The notes under the pieces are model-generated. The model saw only the letters and a list, made by a program, of their open reading frames with translations. It ran no database searches and had not been told where the DNA came from. This document shows, piece by piece, positions 50,469 to 60,900 of a stretch of DNA of 64,000 nt. The stretch lies in assembly GCA_030704615.1 (NCBI GenBank), contig CM060732.1:35712001-35776000 (forward strand). Reading direction: 5' to 3'. The position numbers and the translations under genes are program-made. Each line of letters begins with the position of its first letter. Within the stretch, counting starts at the first letter, position 1. This DNA is from Takakia lepidozioides. Taxonomy: Eukaryota; Plantae; Bryophyta.

Positions 50469-53400
50469 CTGAATTCCCGTCCCAGAAACAATATCAGAGA
50501 AAGCAGAAAATTAATGGCCAGCTTGAACGGTGACAATTCTGTAGGACATCAATGCCAACTCCAGGACATTCCCAGTAAAATCACTACCAATGACATATGT
50601 GATAGAAAGCCCTGATAGCAAAAACGATGAAAGCTGTCCAACCAGCAAAAGACCGTGAAAGACTTGCCAACTTGTCTCCTGAATCACGCTCCCGGCCGCA
50701 ATCGTTTGAGGAATTTTCTTTCGTGTCTTAGTCCATCAATTTGGATACTACTAGCTGGGCATCCGTCCCTGTTCTAAGAACCTATTCCCAACTGGGGTTC
50801 AGGTATTCCTGAGTTATAAATGACAAAGTAACCCTACTTAGAACAGGGATCACAAATTGCAGCTGTCCAACCAAGGTTCAAAAATTGAACTAACAGAGCT
50901 ACTGCATATAATCGTCACCCGATGGCAGGACTCTTTTCGGGAGAGGCTTAAGAAGCAATTTTAGTAACAACTTACATGGTTTGATGATTTGACCCATTCC
51001 CATACGGTTCTCTACTTTGAAACGCTTGACCTTATTCAAACCATTTGCAGTACTAACTCACAGCAATAACATGTACATACCCAAGAAATAGCACAACAAT
51101 ACACCACCTCTACCATCTACACAGGACTGATTGGAGCCAGAGAAACGGCCAACACCTTGGACATGTTTGAGTCTGTTTCCGTCCCGGCTGAGACAGCCCC
51201 TCTCCTGATAAAAAACAGCAAGATGCTGGCGACCACGCCTCCTATCAACCACGGTCTGAAGTTCATAGAGTCACCTCACTCCCTTGCTTGCTTCACAATG
51301 ATTCCCTAGTTTGGCACTGAGGAATCCAAAGGCAAATAACCCTCGACAGAACGCACACGTCCTGCGAACACTGTGCGATGGCTTGCATGACCTTTGCGGT
51401 AAGTATCGAGATGATGACCTGGATGTCCCACCCACTTGTCAGCACTTGGTTAGGCCATGTGGACTCTGTATCGCGGTTTTGGGTGTTGACACACGGCTAT
51501 AGGGCCGCTTTTAGACACATATGATATCTACAGTTATGTACCTACAAGTGTGAATGAAGCATAAGCATATATAGTGTACACATATAAATACGTACTCTTC
51601 TTACTCACGAAGGAAGCGCGAATTATGGTGCCTCTTGTCTCTTCATGCCTGGGGACTAATGGAAAGTGGAGACTTTGAACCCTAGATCACCTAGGTTATG
51701 CCGACACTTAACTATGGTACATGGTACATGACCAATGTTCCTCACCGCAAGCCCCGATTGAGAATCTTCTATTGGGCATTTGGAATCTTAAGCCTGGGTT
51801 TGAAAATCTTGTCCCAGCTTTTCCGTGGCCCAGCCAACAGATTGTGTTTCATCCAGACGTGGATGAATGATGCTGCTTCATGATTTTCCTGCACGACATT
51901 CCGGTGGCATATGCCGGGAGTGGCACCGGAGCCACAAACACGGCCCCGCGACACTGCGGACATGGTCTCTTCGTCTTCCGTCTCTTCATCTTCCTCTGCA
52001 GCAGCACCACAATTGCGGTAAGTGTGTGGAGGATTAGAGCGGCAGTTTGTTTTTCGTTTTCAGTTTCCTGGTCATAGTTTTTTTTCTTCCGATGATTGTC
52101 ATTTCCTTTTATTCTGTCTTGTCTTTAGAAAGGAGACGTGATAATCACAAGGAGAGCGGCGTTTGGAGGATAATACAAGAGCTCGGATTACGAGAGCTTT
52201 TTTTTTAGGAGAAGAATCCGAGAACTAGCAGAGTTTTTTTGGGAGGAGAATCCAGGTGCTTCGATTACGAGAGGCTTGGTGAGTAGATTTACAAGAGCTC
52301 GGATTGCGAGCGCCTTGAGTTTTGGAGAAGAATTCAAGACCGAGCACTGGAAGCGTTGTGCTTGGGAGTAAAATACAGGTCCTCGGATTGCTTGAGGCTG
52401 ATTTTTTTTGAGGAGAGTACCAGGGTTCGTTCTGGGAGGCTCTTGTTGCGAGCAGGATACGAGTTCTGATGTTATTGTGATCTGTTCCTCTGTGGCTTTG
52501 AATTTGCAAAGAGATCCCGGTTGTCGTTAGGGATTCTGCAGCGGGAGAAGGATGATATCGACTGGAAGGACCGACTGCCAGGTATGTTACAAAAATCCAG
52601 TGTAGCTACGAGGACATTGAATCGCTTTACGGAGTTGATCGGGAGTTGAAATTGGCAGTAGATTTCTGTATGAATTTTTTTTATTAAGGGGTGTGAGGTT
52701 TTGTGTTCCAAGCAGTCAGTAAGCATTCTGTGGTGGATGTGGAAAGAACGAATTGAACACAGCCACCTAGTTTTGCCCAGTACGTGAGAGGACGTGCTTA
52801 AAGTATCTGCGGGCAAACCTGGTAGCTTAATTCACCCTCGTCCAACTATGGTTGTAGTAGTTGAAATTAGTCTATATTCTCAAAGGACTTCAACTTCGCA
52901 TATTTCTATCAAGGTTTTCGTATGTGGAACTTGTTAGATTCATTTTCACTAAAATAGCAATGTATGCCTTTAGGCATGCAAAAGCTCTTCAACAAAATTG
53001 AGTCGATGAGAATTTATTATTTTATGGTTGTGAAGGCACCACATTTTAGAGGTGAATATGGAGTGCAAAGGGGAACACTATTGTATGCACCAAACTCACC
53101 TCACCCTTGGCTGAGATGAATCCCTCCGATTTCTCACATTGTTTAGCATTTTGGGCATTGAAGAAATCACACTAAGTGCTTCTCAGTCAGCTGGATTGTG
53201 TCTGGTACTTTGATGAAGTAGCCAAAACGTTGTGGTTGCGGGGAAGTATGAATAGTTTCAAAATCTCAACTTACAGAAGTATTACTGAACACCTGTCAGG
53301 CTTGGACCCTCAATGTGGGAGGATCCGACGTAACGTGATCACACTAAGAACCAAAAGAAGGACTGCAGGAGAAATAGATGAGGAGAGAGATGGGGTGGAA

Positions 53401-54014
53401 GGCTTGTCATAATTGCAGTGTTTGGACTCGGTCATGTAGCCTCGTTACTTGAATCCACATGCTCAGTTTGACAGCAGTTGCACACAGAGGGTGAGAGGAG
53501 AGAAGTTATTCGTTAGACAATGCTTGTCGAAGCCTCATTCCAAAAGAGAGAACAAGAGGAAAAGAAAGGGAGCTTTATATGGGATGGTCGGTATGAGAGT
53601 TAAATTCCAAGTCAACATCAGCGAGTTAACCTGAGGCCATTTTCCTGTGATTTCCTCATGATGTTCCTCATGGCAATCATTTGACCTGTTGTGGGTGTGG
53701 GGCGCACTAGCTTGTGAAGCAACGTCAAATGTCTGACTGAGAAAAATGGGTAAGTGCTTCAGTGGTAACAGACTGTAGCAGAAATCACTCTTTTGGATAA
53801 TTTTTAAGGGAGGGCTCTGTGAGGTTTCAATCTGCTTCTTATTTTTTTTTGGATGGTGGCTGTGTTGGAATAACCCCTTTAAAGCAGTGCTCATTTCAGT
53901 TTTTTTCCTTCTAAGTAGGAAGCAAGCCAGATAGAAGGAGAAGAATGAGAAAACTGAAATTGATTGCATCTATGGAAACATAAGCAGCCAAGGAAGCCTC
54001 GGAGGGAATACAAA

Positions 54015-54710
54015 GTTTGAGCGGAACACAAAGGGACAGAAACTACCTTTGTCAGGGGCTGATGCCGGTAGTATGACTTATCTTGGAACAGAGAGAGAGA
54101 GAGAGAATGTATTCATAAGATGTTGTTTGCCGTAGCCTTGTGGCCATTGACCCCGCGCCCAGTTTGGAACACAAAGGGACAGAACCTACCTCTGTCAGGG
54201 GCTGACGTCGGTAGTAAGACTTACCTTGGTATAAAAAATTGATCCGGGTTTTCCAGATATCCTCTAGAAATACCTTCACACAAGCATCAATCTGCTGTGT
54301 GTGGTTTGCCCAATAACTAGGCCCCAGAAGTGCCTGGGCTTTTGGCTCAGCCTCGAGACTTTCAAAGTTGGTAAACAGAGGTACAGGCACAATTCCCTTG
54401 ATAGATTTGAGGAGAGCATCTCTCTGGTGAGAGAACCCCAGACAGTGAATCAGGAAATGAATATTGTCTTCAGGTTGCAAACACAACGGGCAATTGCACT
54501 CTCCCTTTCCTCTCTGCTTCTGTTTGCTGTTCAAAGGTGGGCTTCCTGCCCTGAGTTTAAATTTCAGTCTAGTGCCGAGAGTGGGTAGACCCTTGGACAT
54601 GTGTCTACCCTTTTCCCAGCTGGTTGATTTCTTCTACGAGTGGGGAGAGTAATCTAACTTTGAACTTCACCCTAGTGCCCAATGTGGAAGATCCTTTCAG
54701 GTTTCCCCTA
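54015..54710 (-). mobile_element. Clustered 3' fragments of RTEX-like LINEs (two subfamilies) around a (GA)n tract
   Basis: 54108-54597 matches the LINE C-terminus ([19 protein letters not shown]). 54015-54090 matches the variant at 56307-56665. Confidence 0.8.
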
Positions 54711-54914
54711 TTCCTAGTTTCTCAAATGGAGAAAGAAAGGAAGGAGTTTAACATCCAAGACAGACTGACCAATTGAGTGGTCAACAGACACGCTGCGTAT
54801 TTGCATTCCAAGCTACTCAGTGGTAATGCTCAAACAACCAAAGTACTCTCAGCTTTCTGCAAAACATCTTGACCTGATTGCTGAATTGTGCCGTCAAATC
54901 CAGGAGTGTATGCG

Positions 54915-57900
54915 ATGCTGGCTGCAGCATCTGCACCATCTGTGCATCAGCTGCAGCGGTCCCTGTTGACAACTCTCACACATGCACCATGTTCATCTAC
55001 GCCATCATCTTCTCTGTCGACTATTTCAAGATTGCCCTGTCTCTTTAGAGACGACAGAGGCACCTGGCTCACTCAACCAAGCCTGCAGACATGGAAGACA
55101 TGGCTGACATGTTGGCCCAGGAGGCGGAGGCTTGTTGAAGACCTCCCTGCATTGGCTCGGGCAGGGCATGGCAGCAGTACATTCTCATGCAATGCTAGCA
55201 CCAGAGGGAAGATCATTGCAGGGGCAATGACAGGAAGTGGTGATGATGAAGGGAAACCTAACGGTGAGGAACCATGTGGTGTGATTCTCTCCCTTGTTAG
55301 CTCTCTCCAATGCTTATCCTGCCCCCTGTATTTCTCTATCTGTTAAGTTTTTTATGGTTAGGCCTTGGACCGTTCGTGTGAGCGCAGTACTCAAATGCGC
55401 ACAGTTATTTTCTGGCATGTGTTCAGTAAGACTTGATATTTCTGCAGGAGCAGTTGCCACAGGGCCATACCAAGTGAAGGAAGATAAGCAGTCCAAGTTG
55501 CACCAGTTCGCCCCTTCGACAGAGATGTCTCATTCAAATGATGGGGAGCTCTCAGTGGATCATGAGGTGCCCCTGCAAACTCATAGGGGCTGGGTGAGTC
55601 CTGTGGACATGCGGAAGCAGATTTTCTGCAACCGGTCGCTCAATATGAAGAGTATTGTGGCAGTTGGGTTTGACATGGACTACACACTTGCACAGTATAA
55701 GCCCGACACTTTTGAGAGCCTGGCCTACACAAGCACCATCCATAAGCTGGTTCATGACTTGGGTTACCCATCAGAGGTGGCTTCCCTGTTTTATTGCTCA
55801 ATTTAGTTCTCTCTTTTCCTCTTGATTTGTTCGTCTTTCATGGGCTCATGGCCTGCACGGGATGATGTACCTCATTTTCTCTGCCTGCACTCCCCCATCA
55901 GGGCAAGTCATTTTAGCATCCAGTTAGTCCCGTATTTGCATAGCCACTTTATGAGCATGTCCAATTTATTGTCACAAATCCCATGCAATTCTCATTGTTT
56001 GTTTGGTATGTAGTTATTGCAATGGAAGTTTGATTGGAGGTACATGGTGAGGGGGCTCGTGCTTGATAAACAGCGAGGCTGCATTCTTAAGGTGAGATTG
56101 CTTCCACCTCCTTTTTAATAGATGTGGTATGGTAGAAAATCTTGAGTCGAATAGGGATTTGGAGGTGTTGCACTGGAGCAAACAAGAATGTGAACAGAGA
56201 AAGCAACCCCGTAAGGCTATCTTAAATGATCTAAGCTTTTCCAGATAAGTTAATTGGAAACAGGCTAGATTTTTGCACTCATTTAACATCTGGAGGCTGT
56301 AACAGAATGTACTCATATGACGTTTCCGTAGCCTTGTGGCCATTGATCCCCCGCGCAGTTGGAGTGGAACACAAAGGGACAGAAACTACCTTTGTCAGGG
56401 GCTGACACCGGTAGTATGACTTACCTTGGAACAGACAATTGATGCGAGTTTTCCAGATATCCTCTAGAAACCCCTATACACAAGCATCAATCTTCCGTGT
56501 GTGATTTTCCCAAAAACTCGGCCCCAAGAGGCTTGGGGCTTTTGGCTTAGCGTCGAGATTTTCAGAGTTGCTAAACAGAGGTACAGGAAACAATCCCTCG
56601 ATGCATTGGAAGACGGCGTCTCTCTGGCGAGAGTACCCAGGACACTGAATCAGAAAGTGGATATAGAGGCTGTAACAGATTGTACTCATAAGACGTTGTT
56701 TGCCGTAGCCTTGTGGCCATTGACCCCGCGCCCAGTTTGAGCGGGAACAAAAGGGACAGAACCTACCTCTGTCAGGGGCTGACGTTGGTAGTAAGACTTA
56801 CCTCCATATAAAGAATTAATCCGGGTTTTCCAGATATCCTCTAGAAATCCCTTCACACAAGCATCAATCTGCTGTGTGTGATTTGCCCAAAAACTAGGCC
56901 TCAGGAGGGCCTGGGCTTTTGGCTCAGCCTCGAGACTTTCAAAGTTGGTAAACAGGGGTACAGGCACAATTCCCTTAATAGATTTGAAGAGAGCGTCTCT
57001 TTGGTGAGAGAACCCCGGACAGTGTATCAGAAAATGAATACTGTCTTCAGATTGCCCACACAACGGGCAATTGCACTCTCCCTTTCCTCTCTGCTTCTGT
57101 TTGCTGTTCAAAGGTAGGCTTCCTGCCCTGAGTTTAAATTTCAGTCTAGTGCCGAGAGTGGGTAGACCCTTGAGCTCATCCAAGATGTCCTCCCCCATGT
57201 CACAGACTGGAAACAAGTTCAGGGAAGTTTTCTGCCTAACTTCATTTTCATCAGACAATCTCATGGCAACAGACATGGCTGAGGACACTACAGCCTCTAA
57301 GTCAGATTTATCCAGCAGGGTCAAGACTTGCGGATCCAGGTCCAGGTCCTTGAGGATCTCTTCTACTCTCTTCTGCCAGGACCTAGCCTGTTTGACAGGG
57401 CGGTCCTGTTTCCAAGATATAGAGTCGATTAACTTAGGATATCTGGTGTTGGGCATATGTTGCAGCTGACCCCACCATCTGACCTTGAATTCATCTCGTC
57501 GGGAGCTTAAGGACGGAATGCCAAACTCACCCCGAACAGCCACATTGGCTGTTTTGGAGCATGCTGACATACACTCCTTAAGCACCCCCACTTGAATGGA
57601 TTCTAGAGACTTAGCCTGACCCCTCTGCAGTGGAAAAATTTAGTGAGCCCCAGAGCTTTGCCCTTGCCAGTTTGAACAACTTTCCGGATATGTGCATCCC
57701 AATTACAATTGGAGGAGAACTCAACGCCCAGGTAAGTGTAGGAAGGGAGGACCGGGATCTCTTGGCTACCCCACTGCCACTTAAGATCACTTCCTCCCTC
57801 TCCTCTGTCGTTGAATGCTACCACTGCACATTTGCTGACATTAGCCTCTAGCCCCCAAAGATCAAAGTATCTCTTCGCGCAATCAATCAACTCCTGGAGA

Positions 57901-60900
57901 TTGGTTGGAGTCTCCCCTATGCCTGCGAAGTCATCCGCAAACATAAGGGCTGGTATGGTGGTATCACCCACCCTTAACCCAAATCCCTCACTTTCCACAT
58001 CCTCGAGGAGTTGATTAAAGAAAACATTGAAGAGCAGAGGGGAGAGAGTACATCCTTGAGCTACACCTTGGTCTATGTCAAAGAAGTTGGACTTCTGTCC
58101 GTTAACAGTGACACAGCTTTTGGTGTGAGCATACAAGTTGTGGACAACTCTCCACATCTTTCCCTTGATCCCACAAGACCAGAGGCGGAACCATAGGCCA
58201 TCTCTCCACACTGTGTCATAAGCCTTTTTGACATCCAGGAAAAAGACATAAGTGGGTTTCCCTTCTTTTTTCCTTCCCTGGATAATCTGGCTTGAGTGAA
58301 GATATGATCCACACAGCCCCTGTTTCGCCGAAAGCCAGCTTGGCCTTCGTGGAAACAACCTCTAGACTCCAGATCAACCTCGAGACGAGTACTTATAACT
58401 CTGCAGAATGTCTTGCCAACAGCATTGAGGAGCGTGATGCCACGGTAGTTCCCCGGTTCTTCTCTGTCACCCTTCTTGTATAGATTGACAATGACCCCCT
58501 GTCGCCAGCGAAAGGGGATCATTTCAGTCTTCCAGATAAGGTTAAAGAGGAGAACTAGGGCCTCTATCATGGGATCGCCACCGTGCTTGATAAGCTCGTT
58601 GACAATACCATCAGGTCCACCAGCTTTATATCCATTTAAATGTTCAATTGCTTCCACAATCTCAGAAGAACTAATGGGAGCATTATAAGCCATTGAAATA
58701 TACTCCAGTTCATCAGGGCTGTTTTGAATCATAGGAACAGTTTTTCCAACTGTGTCCCTCCATTCAGCAGAAGACCCCTCACTGTTAGACCTAGAAGTTC
58801 TGCCAAGGATACTGTAGTGAGTTTCAAAGGTTTTGACAATGTCAACCGATGAAGTCACCACTGCACCTTTAGTAGTCTTCAGCGCTTGTACTTGCTGACC
58901 GTTTTTCGGCTTGTACAAACGCTGAAGGGCCAACCAGAATTTCTTGTCATTACCACCATGGTGGTTTGAGTTTATTTCACTGTATAACTTGTCCCAGTAT
59001 AATTTCTTCTGAGACCTAACAAGCTGATTGATATCTTTACGGAGCTGGTAGTACCTCGCCCACAATTCTCTGTTGGTTTCCAAATTGCAGCACTCTTTAT
59101 AGAGGGCTCGCCTCTCAGCTATCTTGAGTTTAATCTCATTAGTCCACCAATTAACTGCTCTACCGCAGACAATTAGTTTCCTCCCAATGATCTTGTCAGC
59201 CACGGAGGAAACGAAACTCTCCCAAGAGTCCACTGCTCTTTCGACTTCATTTCTTGCGTTAACAGAGCGTGACTGAAGTTCTTGGAGCGATTGGACAAAA
59301 TGAGGGAGAGCCTCTTGCAAGGCCTGGACGTACTCAGCCTTGACCTCCTCATTGTGGAATTTTTCTATGCGCCACTTCCGAATCGAACGTTTCACAGATC
59401 TCTTGGTGGTGGGAAAACACCTTTTGATCTCAGTCCAAACCAGGAAGTGGTCAGAGATACCAATATCAGTTCTGTCGATCAACACATTGGCACACTGGGG
59501 GAACAAAATTTTGTCCATTATGATATAGTCCACAATGGAACGTTCCCCAGTTTGGGATTTCTCACGAGTCCACTGCACTCGGTCACCTCTTGTCCTGTTA
59601 TTCAAGGTCAGAAGCTGAAGCTCTTCTAGACAGTTAATTAACCGTCTGCCATTAGATTTCAGCTCGTCCTCACCAAAAGGTCCAATGATATCGTCCTGAT
59701 GGATCCCTTTGCCCACCCGGGCATTGAAGTCCCCAATAGTACCACCTGACCTTTGGCAAGGAACGAAGCACAGTCCAGCTTTACATCTTCGAAGGCCTTG
59801 TCTGCGTCAGCACTAAGGGTCACCTCTGTGGGCATGTAAACACAACCAACAAAGAGGTCCTTTGTACTCATGCCGCCCTTCAAATTCAGTTTTAGCCAGA
59901 TACTATGCTCGTACCTCAAACCCTTGTTGATAATTTCACAATTGTCAAACAAGAAATCACGGACAAAGAATCCGACCCCTTTTTGACCGCGTTTGGCAGA
60001 GGCTGCCTTGAGAGTACACATCTTACCTGCCCATTTATAACCAATGACATCTCCAACCAGTTTATCCGACGTTTCCCATGTTTCTTGCCCAGCACAGATA
60101 TGAATATCATTAGTCCGAAGAACTTGTCCCACTTCAAGTTGTTTCCTTTGGTTGGTCAACCCTGAGGAGTTGAAAGTGGCCAGCCGCAAGCCAGCCCTTT
60201 GCGTGTGAATTGTTTGTCGTCCAGGTAGCTTGTGATTGCTCCTGGACGGCCAACCGTTCTGCAAAGGGGGGACAGTTACCCCATGTGTAGATTTTGCTCG
60301 TCTTGTGTAAACTTTGAGAATTGGTAAACCATTCAGGGTACCAAATCTTTCAGTTACACGACGCACAGGCTCCGCACACATAGGGGCAGATTGTCCGTCA
60401 GACTGCTTGGGGACAATTACCCCTTGTATAGATTTTGCTCGTCTTGTGTAGACTTTGAGGATTGGTAAACCATTTAGAGTACCAAATCCTTCAGTTACAC
60501 GACGTTCAGGCTCTGCACACTTAGGGACAGATTGTCCATCTGACGGCTTGGGGACAATTACCCCGTGTATAGAATTTGTTCGTCTTGTGTAAACCTTGAG
60601 GATTGGTAAACCATTCAGAGTACCAAATCCTTCAGATTCAGGACGTTCAGGTTCCGTACACTTAGGGGCATCTTGTCCTTCTGGCTGTTTGGATTCAACC
60701 TCATCCAGAGCATCAAACCGATTAGAAACTCTCAAGTTGAAGTTGTTGCCCTTGGTTGTCTTCCTAGAGCGCCCCATTGAATCACCAATGTCTAAGACCG
60801 CTCTCCAGCCAGTCAAGGGACGAACTTCTTTGAGATTGAATTGATGCGGGACTCTATTAGAAGCACTTTTGGTCATTGCAACAATCAACGTACCCCTGTT

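Noticed and set aside
51880-52470. Possible exon ending GCG|gtaagt and degenerate ctcggatt repeats
   Set aside because: No recognisable product or downstream exon was found.
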